Shown here piece after piece: positions 35,844 through 45,005 of a stretch of DNA of 52,390 nucleotides. Origin of the DNA: a virus (Duplodnaviria; Caudoviricetes). Where the stretch lies: positions 1-52,390 of the IMG/VR virus record IMGVR_UViG_3300048856_000102; one strand, 5' to 3'. Made by a program: the position numbers and the translations under genes. The notes below the pieces were generated by a model. It did not search any database. It was not told the DNA's origin and saw only the letters and a list, made by a program, of their open reading frames with translations. The number at the start of each line of letters is the position of its first letter. The stretch's first letter is position 1.

Positions 35844-37895
35844 ATGGCATCAGCAGTAATCGGCGCTCTCCGGGTTAACCTCGGCATTGACAGTGCGGAG
35901 TTTTCCGACGGTCTCAAGAAGTCGAAAGACCAACTTTCCGCCTTCGGTGAGAGCATGGAGAAAACGGCGGGCAAGCTATCTTCAGTCGGTCAAAGCCTTA
36001 GCCTCTATTTGACTGCACCGCTCGTTGCATTTGGTGCCGCCGCTGTCGCCGCTGCGGGCGATTCTGCGAAAGCTACGGCTGCCGTTCAAGCCGCTCTGAC
36101 CAGCATGGGCAACGGGGTAGGATACTCCCTCGAGCAGCTTCAAGACCTTGCTTCCGGGCTTCAGAATGTGTCGACCTTTGATGACGACGACATCATGTCG
36201 AAGGTTACGGCCAACCTTTTGACGTTCGGCAAGGTGACCGGCGACGTGTTCGCGCGCGCTCAGCAGTCAGCTCTTGATCTGTCAGCACGCCTCGGCACTG
36301 ATCTGCAAGGCTCAGCCATTATGCTGGGCAAGGCTATGAACGATCCGATCAAGGGCATCTCGGCACTGACCCGCGTTGGCGTCTCGTTTACCGAGCAGCA
36401 AAAGGACCAGGTCAAGGCCATGATCAAGTCGGGCGATCTGCTCGGCGCACAGCGCATGATCCTTGACGAGCTCGAAAAGCAGTATGCCGGCCAGGCGGCG
36501 GCTCTCGCTGGTACGGATCCCGGCAAGATTGCATCCGCATGGGTCGCCATAGGTGACGCCATGGAGGGCATCGGCGCGGTTATCCTGCCGGTCCTTGGGC
36601 AGTTCGCGCAGTGGGTCAAATCCGTCGCCCAGGCATTCTCTGCCCTGACGCCCGAAACACAGCAATGGATCGTTATCGCGGGCGGCATTGCCGCTGCCAT
36701 CGGTCCAGCGCTGATCGCGCTTGGCGTCATGGTCTCGACCATTGGCTCACTGCTTCCGCTGTTGCCAGCGCTCGGCGCCGCGATGTCAGCCGCATTTGGC
36801 CCGATCGGTCTGGTTATTGGCGGCGTTGCAGCGGCGTATCTCATATTCGGCGACAATGTCAGCGCCGCGGCCAAGGCAACCGCCGATTCAGAAGGAGCAT
36901 ACCGGAACAACATCGGTTTACTTGATGCCGCGAAATCGTCTTCTGAAGGCTACACTATGGCGTTGCGCAATCAGATTGCGATGCAGGTCGAAGCCGCGCG
37001 GACAGCCGCTATTCAGGCACAGGCCACTTCAGAGGCTGCATTTGACCGAGCAGCCAATTTTAGGAAAACGTTCGGTGGAGTGAAGTTCACGCCCTTCGAA
37101 TATTTCGCAGATCAGAGCGACAAAGACGCGCTCAAGGCCAGCGAGGTCTATGTAGCGCTGAACAAGCAGCTCGCCGAAGTCGACAAGAACATGAAGGCAG
37201 TCAACACGACGGCTGTCACGATCACCCCGGCGCTTGCCGGTACTGGCAAGGCCGCTGCAGCCGGTGCCACCGAAGCGAAAGACGCTTGGGAGGGCCTACG
37301 AACCGTCTCCGATGGCGTTAAGGAAAAGATGGCGGCGCTTCAGCAAGAGACGCGTGCGATCGATGACGCATGGACAGAATTCGGCCGCGGCGGCAGAGAC
37401 ATCTTCGAAGGCTTGATCGATGGCACCATGACGTGGAAGGATGCGCTGAAATCAGCCATTCCAATAATTCAAGACTTGATCACGAACTTGATGAATGCGC
37501 AGAACCCATCCGGCTTCGGTGGGGGCATCTTCGGCAGCATCCTGAACGGTCTGACCGGGCTCGGCAGTGGTAGCTCAAGTTATTTCCCCCCGGCACCCAG
37601 TGGTGGTCTAGCCTTCGCAAGCGGTGGTTCGATCATGCCGGGCGGCGTCGGTGGGATCGATAGTCAGCTTGTGCAGTTCCGTAAATCCCCGAACGAACGC
37701 GTCGACATTACGAAGCCCGGTCAGCAACTGACATCTGGCGGCGGTTATACCGACAAGCGGACCTATACCATTGATGCCAGAGGCGCGGAGCACGGCGTTG
37801 AACAAAAGATACGCGCGGCACTCCAGGAGTACGATCGTCAGGTTCTGCCGGAAAGCATAGATCGCTTCCAAAATGACCCGCACCGGAGGGGATAA
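35844..37895 (+). CDS. Tail tape measure protein
   Basis: AVIGALRVNLGIDSAEF N-terminus, Ala-rich helices, FASGG C-terminal motif. Confidence 0.92.
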   Translation: MASAVIGALRVNLGIDSAEFSDGLKKSKDQLSAFGESMEKTAGKLSSVGQSLSLYLTAPLVAFGAAAVAAAGDSAKATAAVQAALTSMGNGVGYSLEQLQDLASGLQNVSTFDDDDIMSKVTANLLTFGKVTGDVFARAQQSALDLSARLGTDLQGSAIMLGKAMNDPIKGISALTRVGVSFTEQQKDQVKAMIKSGDLLGAQRMILDELEKQYAGQAAALAGTDPGKIASAWVAIGDAMEGIGAVILPVLGQFAQWVKSVAQAFSALTPETQQWIVIAGGIAAAIGPALIALGVMVSTIGSLLPLLPALGAAMSAAFGPIGLVIGGVAAAYLIFGDNVSAAAKATADSEGAYRNNIGLLDAAKSSSEGYTMALRNQIAMQVEAARTAAIQAQATSEAAFDRAANFRKTFGGVKFTPFEYFADQSDKDALKASEVYVALNKQLAEVDKNMKAVNTTAVTITPALAGTGKAAAAGATEAKDAWEGLRTVSDGVKEKMAALQQETRAIDDAWTEFGRGGRDIFEGLIDGTMTWKDALKSAIPIIQDLITNLMNAQNPSGFGGGIFGSILNGLTGLGSGSSSYFPPAPSGGLAFASGGSIMPGGVGGIDSQLVQFRKSPNERVDITKPGQQLTSGGGYTDKRTYTIDARGAEHGVEQKIRAALQEYDRQVLPESIDRFQNDPHRRG

Positions 37896-37898
37896 TAG

Positions 37899-38555
37899 AT
37901 GGCGTTTATTTTCCCCCTGTCGCTCGCTGCCTTCTTTGACAAGGCTCACGTCAAGACAATCAGCCTCACCATTGCTAATAATCAGGAATACACCGGTCTT
38001 GGCAGCGGACAGATCCTTACTGCGCAGAAAGCCCCTCCCGCGTGGATTGCCGATGTTTCGATGTCGAGCATGGAGCACGACTACGCGTTGGAACTGCAAG
38101 CCATCATCGAATCTCTGGATGGATCGATCGGTTCCTTTTATCTTTACGACCCGCGCAAGATATATCCAAAAGCGTACCCCAACGGCACGGGGTTGGTTAT
38201 TCCAGCCGGGGGCATCAAGATCAACTCGATAGGTGCCAACAACAAATCGATCTCGCTTAAAAACGCCATGGCCAACCAAGTGTTTTCGGCTGGCGATCTC
38301 TTTCATTTCGATTATGCGACCGGTCCTGTTCGGCGGGCGTTCCATCGCATAATCGAAACGTCCAGTGCCAACGGGTCCGGCACCACGCCGGTATTCGAGA
38401 TCCGTCCACATCTGCGCGTCGGAGTAGCAGTCGATCAAGTCGTCACGGTTATCAAACCTTCCGTCAAAATGCAGATGATACCGGGCACGTTCGTAACCTC
38501 GAACGACACTGAAGTTTCCACAACCATATCGTTCAGCGCGAGGCAGACGATATGA
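37899..38555 (+). CDS. Distal tail protein-like
   Basis: Position after TMP; LDG....FYLYDP...YP. Confidence 0.7.
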   Translation: MAFIFPLSLAAFFDKAHVKTISLTIANNQEYTGLGSGQILTAQKAPPAWIADVSMSSMEHDYALELQAIIESLDGSIGSFYLYDPRKIYPKAYPNGTGLVIPAGGIKINSIGANNKSISLKNAMANQVFSAGDLFHFDYATGPVRRAFHRIIETSSANGSGTTPVFEIRPHLRVGVAVDQVVTVIKPSVKMQMIPGTFVTSNDTEVSTTISFSARQTI

Positions 38556-39223
38556 AAGACCTCGATACAGCCACGCGCGACTATCTGCGCAGCCGCAAGG
38601 CCTTCATTAGGCACAACCTGTTCTGGATCACGGCCAAGAACCGGGACACTGGCGCCGAAGAAAGCATGGGTTTCTGGGATGGCTACGACAATCTGAACAT
38701 TCCTGTCGTTTCCAGCATCACCGGAACCATCATCAACCGGGATTACTTCGCATTAGGTTCGCTGCTTGGCGTCAGTCCCATCCCGCTTGTGTCCGATCTT
38801 TCAATCCGCATCGTGACGGTCTCTCTCAGCCATTTGAGCCCGGAAGTGCAGGACGCGTTTCGCCTCTATGATCCGCGCCTTGCTCCGGTCGAAATCCATC
38901 GGGTCTTGCTCGACCAGGATACCATGCTCCCGGTTGGCCCGGCACATCTGCGGTTCATTGGCTTTGTCAACGAAGCGCCGATCGAACGCCCGGCAGTCGG
39001 AGGAGAGGGCGGCATCTCCGTCACTTGCGTTTCGCACACCAGGCAGTTGACCAAGACCAACCCGGGCAAGCGGTCCGATGAAACGCAGAAGCAGCGCAAC
39101 GGTGATCGGTTCCGCAAGTATTCGACCATCGCAGGCGATGTCTCGTTTTGGTGGGGAGAAAAGAAGGGCAGCACGGCCGGCACGACCGTCAAGCAAATCA
39201 ACGAACTCTACCGCCGCGGATAA
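38552..39223 (+). CDS. Tail tip/hub protein (gpL-like position)
   Basis: RSDETQ..R.GDRFR.Y...WWG motif. Confidence 0.7.
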   Translation: MKDLDTATRDYLRSRKAFIRHNLFWITAKNRDTGAEESMGFWDGYDNLNIPVVSSITGTIINRDYFALGSLLGVSPIPLVSDLSIRIVTVSLSHLSPEVQDAFRLYDPRLAPVEIHRVLLDQDTMLPVGPAHLRFIGFVNEAPIERPAVGGEGGISVTCVSHTRQLTKTNPGKRSDETQKQRNGDRFRKYSTIAGDVSFWWGEKKGSTAGTTVKQINELYRRG

Positions 39224-39229
39224 TCATTC

Positions 39230-39646
39230 ATGATCAAGCTTTCTTACTGGCGTCCGTCCCTGACGGCGTACCTGGTGCAATGCCGCGCGCGCCCCTTCAA
39301 GTGGGGTGAGCATGACTGCGCCCTGTTTGTCTGCGGCGCTATCGAGGCAATGACCGGCGAAGATTTGGCCAAGCCTTACCGCGGCCGCTACAGGTCAGCT
39401 GCGGGCGGACTAAAGCTGATCAAGAAGGATGGCTATAAGGATCATGCCGAGTTCGCCGCGGCGTTCCTGACCGAACTCGATCATCCCTCGCAAGCTGCAG
39501 CCGGTGACATCATTGCCTACCAGGTCGAGGGCGGTACCGGCATAGCGCTCGGCATTGTCAACAATGATCGCTCCTATGTGTTGGCGCCAGACGGCATCAC
39601 GACCGTTCCCACCTTGAGCGCAGTCCGCCTCTTCAGGATCCCTTGA
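39230..39646 (+). CDS. NlpC/P60-like tail assembly protein (DUF6950-like)
   Basis: PFKWGEHDCALF...AMTG.D; GDI; ALGI at the usual His position. Confidence 0.8.
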   Translation: MIKLSYWRPSLTAYLVQCRARPFKWGEHDCALFVCGAIEAMTGEDLAKPYRGRYRSAAGGLKLIKKDGYKDHAEFAAAFLTELDHPSQAAAGDIIAYQVEGGTGIALGIVNNDRSYVLAPDGITTVPTLSAVRLFRIP

Positions 39647-42351
39647 TGAAAAAGACGCTTGGTATCCTGTTCGATGCAGCGACGATCTTTCTTAGCTCGA
39701 CCGCTATTGCCGTTGCCGATCCGATCAGCGGTCTCATCGTTGGATTGTCTTCCACACTCGCTGCCGGCGGCATTGGCGCCGCCATTGTCAAGGTCGGCAT
39801 CTTTGTTGCCCTCTCGGTTGGCAAAAGCCTTCTCACAAAGGCACTGACGAAGAAGCAGACGGTTCCCGGCATCAATGGGCAGATGAAGATCGGCGGAGAC
39901 AACCCGCTGTCGTTCATAGTCGGTACCTATGCGACGGCCGGAACGCTCGAATACGTCAATACCTCGGGCAAGGCTGGCAAGACGCCGAACGCCTACCTGA
40001 CCCAGGTCATCAGCCTGTCTGACTTTCCGGTCGACTCCCTGTCCAACATCCTTTGGGTGAATGGCCAGAAATGCGAGATCGATTTCGCCGGCGGCCTCGA
40101 TGGTGCCGATCAGGTTGGGTACAAGGTCAACGAGTTCATAGACAATGGTCAGCCTTACCTCTGGGTTCGGTTCCACGACGGTCACACCAATGTTGGTGAC
40201 AGCTTCCTTTACAACAAGTTCAATTCGGACAGCGTTCGACCCTGGTCAAATGACATGATCGGCGAGGGCATCGCATATGCGGTGATCACGGCGCGCGTCA
40301 ACCGCGAGCTGTTGCCCGGGGTGCCTCAGTGCCGGTTCGGTATCCGCGGTGCCCGCCTCTACGATCCGCGCAAGGATTCGACCAATGGCGGATCAGGCGC
40401 GCATCGTTGGGACAATCAGGCGACTTGGGAATGGACCGATAATCCTGTCGTCATCATCTACAATATCCTGCGCGGCCTCTATTACGACGGAGAATGGTTC
40501 TACGGCCTGCAGAAGATGATCGCCAGCCGCTTGCCGGTCGGCAACTGGTTCGCTGGCATGAATGAATGCGACCGGCTCATCACCAACGCCGATGGATCGA
40601 CCGAAAAGCAGTACCGTTGCGGTACCGAGATCTCTTGCGATCAGGAACCCTTGCAGATCATCGATGAACTGCGCAAGTCATGCAACGCGCGCATCGCGGA
40701 GATTGGTGGCATCTACAAAATCCTCGTCGGTGCTGCTGCGATGCCGGTCTACGCGATGAACGACGAAACGGTGGCAGTGACGGAAGGGCAGAACTTCACG
40801 CCCTTTCCCGGTCTGGAAAGCCTCTATAACGGCGTCCATGCCACCTATCCCGAGCCTGAAGAAAACTGGGGAACGAAGGATGCTCCGCCGATCTATCGGT
40901 CCGATCTCGAAGCGCAAGACGACAACCGCCGTCTCATGGCAGATGCTACCTTCCCGTATGTGCCTTTCCCCCGCCAGGTGCAGCGCCTATCCAAGGCCAT
41001 GATCGAAACGGAGCGCCGATTTCGCACGTTGAAATGGACGTTACCGCCCGAGCTCTACGAATATGAGCCGCTGGACACGATTTCTGTGACCAGTGCAGAG
41101 AACGGCTTTGACGACAAGTATTTCCTGATCGAATCGATGGATGATGGCGACAATGGCAATCAGGGTGTTGCCGTGCGCGAAGTTGATCCGGCTGACTACG
41201 ACTGGAACGCGGGTACTGATGAGCGTCCGACCGTCATCGGCTCGCTCGATCCGATCCGTCCCGCACCGCAGTACGTGCAGGACTTTCAGGTGTTCCCCTA
41301 TACGCAGGTGGACAGCGCAGGTAAGTCCCGCCGTCCCGCCATCCTTCTGGTCTGGAACGGGGAAGAGCAGGACGAAGTAATCGGCGTGCAGTATCGCATC
41401 CGCAAATCCTCATCGCTTGTCTTCGATTATATGGGGCAGACCCTTGATGTGCCGAAGGGCGATCATGTCATCTCGGAGTTCGTGCTTGCCAGCCAGCCTT
41501 ATATCGTCAATGCCCGCTGGATCGGAACGGAACCCAATCGGGAATTCCCATGGGGCGATGATCTTCCCGTCACTGCACCGAATGTGCTGCTCGGCTCGCA
41601 GGATATCATCGTGGAGCTTCAGGCGGTTCAGAATGATATGCGCAACGTCCTGGAGGGGCTTCGCGACGATCTTCAGCACGTCCAGGACAAGATCGAGCGT
41701 GTTGCGACCGATGCAGCAACGGGAACCGGCCAGAACATCGTCGATCGCAAGATAATTACAAAGGCAGTTGCCAATGCGATGTCGAGCATCGTTGAGGAAA
41801 GCCGCCAGCGTGTCGACGAGAACTTCGCCATGTCGGAGCGTACCACGCTGCTTCAGTCGAAGGTCACTGATCCCGTCACAGGCAATGATGCTCTTTCGAC
41901 GGCATTGTTTACACTCAACACGGTTGTCGACGGGCAGGGCGACGATATAACCGCCCTCGCGGAAGCCCTCCTCGATGTCGAAGCGAGCGTTGGCGATATC
42001 TCCGCCGGCGGGCTGATAAGCTTCAAGGTCCAAATACCACCTCCTGCCGGTGTTCTTTCCCAGATCAACATTCTCGCCCGGGCGAATACCGCATCCGCGT
42101 TCATTCAATCGGGGATGGTCATTCAGGTTTATGACTCGGGCGGCGGCGTGCTCAAGAGCAAGATACTGATGCTGACGGATCAGTTTGTCATCTGGGATGG
42201 GACAACGCAGAACCTGCCGTTTGTCTATGCAGGTGGCGTCCTCAAACTGGCAGTCGCGAACATCGGTCTGGTCACAGCCGGCATGATCCAGTCTGTCAAC
42301 GGCAAGTTGCAGATCGATCTCGACAACGTTCGCATCCTTATGTCGGATTGA
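39646..42351 (+). CDS. Central tail tip / host specificity protein (J-like)
   Basis: LYDPRKDST.GG.G.HR...WEWTDNP, coiled coil and a DUF1983-like C-terminus. Confidence 0.88.
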   Translation: MKKTLGILFDAATIFLSSTAIAVADPISGLIVGLSSTLAAGGIGAAIVKVGIFVALSVGKSLLTKALTKKQTVPGINGQMKIGGDNPLSFIVGTYATAGTLEYVNTSGKAGKTPNAYLTQVISLSDFPVDSLSNILWVNGQKCEIDFAGGLDGADQVGYKVNEFIDNGQPYLWVRFHDGHTNVGDSFLYNKFNSDSVRPWSNDMIGEGIAYAVITARVNRELLPGVPQCRFGIRGARLYDPRKDSTNGGSGAHRWDNQATWEWTDNPVVIIYNILRGLYYDGEWFYGLQKMIASRLPVGNWFAGMNECDRLITNADGSTEKQYRCGTEISCDQEPLQIIDELRKSCNARIAEIGGIYKILVGAAAMPVYAMNDETVAVTEGQNFTPFPGLESLYNGVHATYPEPEENWGTKDAPPIYRSDLEAQDDNRRLMADATFPYVPFPRQVQRLSKAMIETERRFRTLKWTLPPELYEYEPLDTISVTSAENGFDDKYFLIESMDDGDNGNQGVAVREVDPADYDWNAGTDERPTVIGSLDPIRPAPQYVQDFQVFPYTQVDSAGKSRRPAILLVWNGEEQDEVIGVQYRIRKSSSLVFDYMGQTLDVPKGDHVISEFVLASQPYIVNARWIGTEPNREFPWGDDLPVTAPNVLLGSQDIIVELQAVQNDMRNVLEGLRDDLQHVQDKIERVATDAATGTGQNIVDRKIITKAVANAMSSIVEESRQRVDENFAMSERTTLLQSKVTDPVTGNDALSTALFTLNTVVDGQGDDITALAEALLDVEASVGDISAGGLISFKVQIPPPAGVLSQINILARANTASAFIQSGMVIQVYDSGGGVLKSKILMLTDQFVIWDGTTQNLPFVYAGGVLKLAVANIGLVTAGMIQSVNGKLQIDLDNVRILMSD

Positions 42352-42357
42352 TCAAAC

Positions 42358-42774
42358 ATGGTAACGCGCACGCTTATCGGGTCATATCCCACGCTTGGCG
42401 GCGGCGCCCCGCGCATCCGCATCTCTAAACCTCTGAAGGATGTTCTCTCTGCGGGACTCAATGTCGAGGACCTGGCGTTTGACAGTTCTTGGAATGATGC
42501 GGGCGTCATCTACAGGACCGGGATTGTAAGCGTTGACCCTCCTGCTGTGCCAGTAGTCATCCCGTTCGGAGAAACATTGCCGACTGCGCCATTTTGCATG
42601 GTCTTCAAGGTTATGAGTGCTAACGAATTCTGGATGGGTTCGACGGACAGCGATGGCCCGAACGGCTACCAATGGCATGCGGAATGCACGACAAGCTACC
42701 TGAGGTTTTTCCCATACCACGGTTCGCCTGACGCTTATATCGGCGGGTATGTGATCTTGCGGGGTCCGCTATAA
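42358..42774 (+). CDS. Minor tail protein (paralog 1)
   Basis: RISKP..DV......LAFDS motif. Confidence 0.7.
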   Translation: MVTRTLIGSYPTLGGGAPRIRISKPLKDVLSAGLNVEDLAFDSSWNDAGVIYRTGIVSVDPPAVPVVIPFGETLPTAPFCMVFKVMSANEFWMGSTDSDGPNGYQWHAECTTSYLRFFPYHGSPDAYIGGYVILRGPL

Positions 42775-43163
42775 TGGTGTGGCGGCTTCTTATCGGCAAT
42801 CATCCGACGCATGGCATGGGCGGATATGTCTCTGTACCGGGCATAGACGTCTTCGCGGCGACCAAGTTTCAAATGATGTGGTCAACGCAGCAAGAGCAGC
42901 TTCAGATCGTGCAATCTGGATCTTTCTTTGTGAATGGAGGCGACGACGATGAACCTGAATGGGTTACGATCGGTTGGCCAGCCATGGGGTTCATCCCGTA
43001 CATCATGATTGGCTGCGACCGCTACGAACTCGTCTTTCAATATCTTTCACCAACGTCCGGACGGGTCAGGCGAGTGACTTATTCAGAAGCACGAACCACG
43101 GATTGGCCATCCAATTCTACGACGGGTTATTACATGGTGACAAAGACACCAAAACCGTTTTGA
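42774..43163 (+). CDS. Minor tail protein (paralog 2)
   Basis: VS.PG.DV..A....MMWS motif. Confidence 0.7.
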   Translation: MVWRLLIGNHPTHGMGGYVSVPGIDVFAATKFQMMWSTQQEQLQIVQSGSFFVNGGDDDEPEWVTIGWPAMGFIPYIMIGCDRYELVFQYLSPTSGRVRRVTYSEARTTDWPSNSTTGYYMVTKTPKPF

Positions 43164-43173
43164 GGAAGAATGT

Positions 43174-43617
43174 ATGACCAGGCGCCTCGATCTTTCTCCG
43201 GGGGTATTCAATCTGTCGCGGGAGGGATTCGACGTCCTCACAGCAACCGAAGAACAGCTTCTTTTCAGCGCGAACAGAGGGACCCCCGCCCGCTTCATTC
43301 GCGGCCAGTACGCCGGCAGCGTCGGCAGTGGCGGCGATGATGACGACCACACTGTTATGTTCGGCAAGACGTTCTCGGTTGTTCCCTTCGTCATCACGTC
43401 ACTGTACGGGGGCGCCGGCACGTCGCGCCCGGGCAACTTTGTTCCACAAAAGGGATTCGGCGGTTCACATCAGCCTTATGGCGATTTCGCCTTCAGCTTC
43501 ACGCGGTTCGACGTCGATGTCTATGTGGACCACATGTATTTGCAGATGACGAGTTTTTCCTCTGCGTTCGATTATGCCGTGGACTATCTCGTGTTCGACT
43601 ACAGATTGGGGTTTTGA
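43174..43617 (+). CDS. Minor tail protein (paralog 3)
   Basis: LSREGFDVLTA..EQLLFS motif. Confidence 0.7.
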   Translation: MTRRLDLSPGVFNLSREGFDVLTATEEQLLFSANRGTPARFIRGQYAGSVGSGGDDDDHTVMFGKTFSVVPFVITSLYGGAGTSRPGNFVPQKGFGGSHQPYGDFAFSFTRFDVDVYVDHMYLQMTSFSSAFDYAVDYLVFDYRLGF

Positions 43618-44121
43618 ATGCTTTACCAGGTCAACAAGGACGGCAAAATTGTCCATGTCACAAGCGAGCCTTCCGGCGTCGGCGCAGAGGAAGCCGTAGC
43701 ACAGATAAAAAGCGATACGAAGAGGGGCGAATGGTTCCAGATTTTGCCCATCCCTTATCCTGAAGAGCCCGTCATGCGCGCGGACGGTCAATATGAACTC
43801 GATACCGATGGCAATGTCCGCATGCATGTCCCCGGCTACATCCATCCGGACGTCGGGATTTTCACGCACTATCACAACAAGAAGGGCGAGCTTGCGGAGC
43901 GTCCGAAGATCCCGCCGCTGGTCAAGACTGAAATCCGTGCGGACGGCAAAGACTTCGTGCCGATCATCGGCCTGCCGGATCCGGTAACGGTCTATGTGGA
44001 TGGCGAGCCCTACGAAGTGACGGGCGGACGTCTCGACTTCACCGCGGAAGAGCCAGGGCGCTACAAGATCGAGTTCCGCTGGCCAGTGCAGGATTTCCAT
44101 GGGGAGATCGTCGCGAAATGA
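43618..44121 (+). CDS. Hypothetical tail-region protein
   Basis: Operon-coupled, beta-rich. Confidence 0.7.
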   Translation: MLYQVNKDGKIVHVTSEPSGVGAEEAVAQIKSDTKRGEWFQILPIPYPEEPVMRADGQYELDTDGNVRMHVPGYIHPDVGIFTHYHNKKGELAERPKIPPLVKTEIRADGKDFVPIIGLPDPVTVYVDGEPYEVTGGRLDFTAEEPGRYKIEFRWPVQDFHGEIVAK

Positions 44122-44471
44122 AGATGACGTTCAGCAAGTCGATCGACAAGGAACGACTGCGGGGCAGGGCCTCCATTGACCGCTTCTTTGTGCCGCTGAT
44201 CAACCATATCCTCGGCAACAAGCACGTCCTTTATGCGGCGAAATACACAGCAGCTCTTGCACATCTATCCGGTACGCCAAGTGCTCTCATCGCGGATGAT
44301 CAGGAAGCCCGCGAGATCATCACTCGCCACACCGCATCATTGGATGCCGTCGCGTCGGTCGAACAGCGCCGCCAGGCGCTTCAGTCACGCATTGATGGCT
44401 GCAACACCGCCGCAGAGATTGACGCTCTCCTAGCCCGCGTCCTGACGACAACGAACCAGACGGTGGGCTGA
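44118..44471 (+). CDS. Tail-region helical protein (fibre chaperone-like)
   Basis: ATGA overlap; IDGCNTAAEIDA C-terminal motif. Confidence 0.65.
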   Translation: MKMTFSKSIDKERLRGRASIDRFFVPLINHILGNKHVLYAAKYTAALAHLSGTPSALIADDQEAREIITRHTASLDAVASVEQRRQALQSRIDGCNTAAEIDALLARVLTTTNQTVG

Positions 44472-44623
44472 CTATCATCTCCGAAGCTGAAGGAAAGATA
44501 ACATGGAAAAGATCGATACATCGAAGCTTGAGCGCGAAATTTTCGCCGCTAAAACGATTGAAGATTTAAATGCACTCGAATCCGCCACTGGACTGCGCAT
44601 CGATCTTGGGTTGGATGGCAGCG

Positions 44624-44911
44624 CTAGGATTTCGCTCGTAGCGTCGAGTCTATTGCCGCTTTCATGCGAGAGGTTGCCGAAATCGCCATAATATGAACAC
44701 GGGCGAATTCCCCTACCTTATCCGGATCAATGTTGTTGTCTTCCCCGGCATAAGCTGATCCTGCGGCCATAGTAGCCCGTTTGACCGCTTCGTCTACCAG
44801 ATCGCTCTGATTCATTGATAGCAGAGCGGAAATCAACTCGCTCACCAACACGTTTGCTCCAATCGCTCTTCCCAAAGTTGCTTCTGGCGACGTGTCGATG
44901 GTGTCGGACAT
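44624..44911 (-). CDS. Hypothetical protein moron
   Basis: GGGGAG RBS; antisense to the tail operon. Confidence 0.65.
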   Translation of the reverse strand: MSDTIDTSPEATLGRAIGANVLVSELISALLSMNQSDLVDEAVKRATMAAGSAYAGEDNNIDPDKVGEFARVHIMAISATSRMKAAIDSTLRAKS

Positions 44912-45005
44912 TCAAGCTCTCCCCCTGTTAGCGCGGCAGTGAAGCACGGCATTTGCCTTGTGTCGAATCATTGCTTTTCGAAATTTCAACCATTGAGGTC
45001 TCTCC

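Noticed and set aside
44503-44691. 62-aa plus-strand ORF with a plausible RBS
   Set aside because: Overlaps a convergent moron by 68 bp; possibly a truncated remnant, too uncertain to call.
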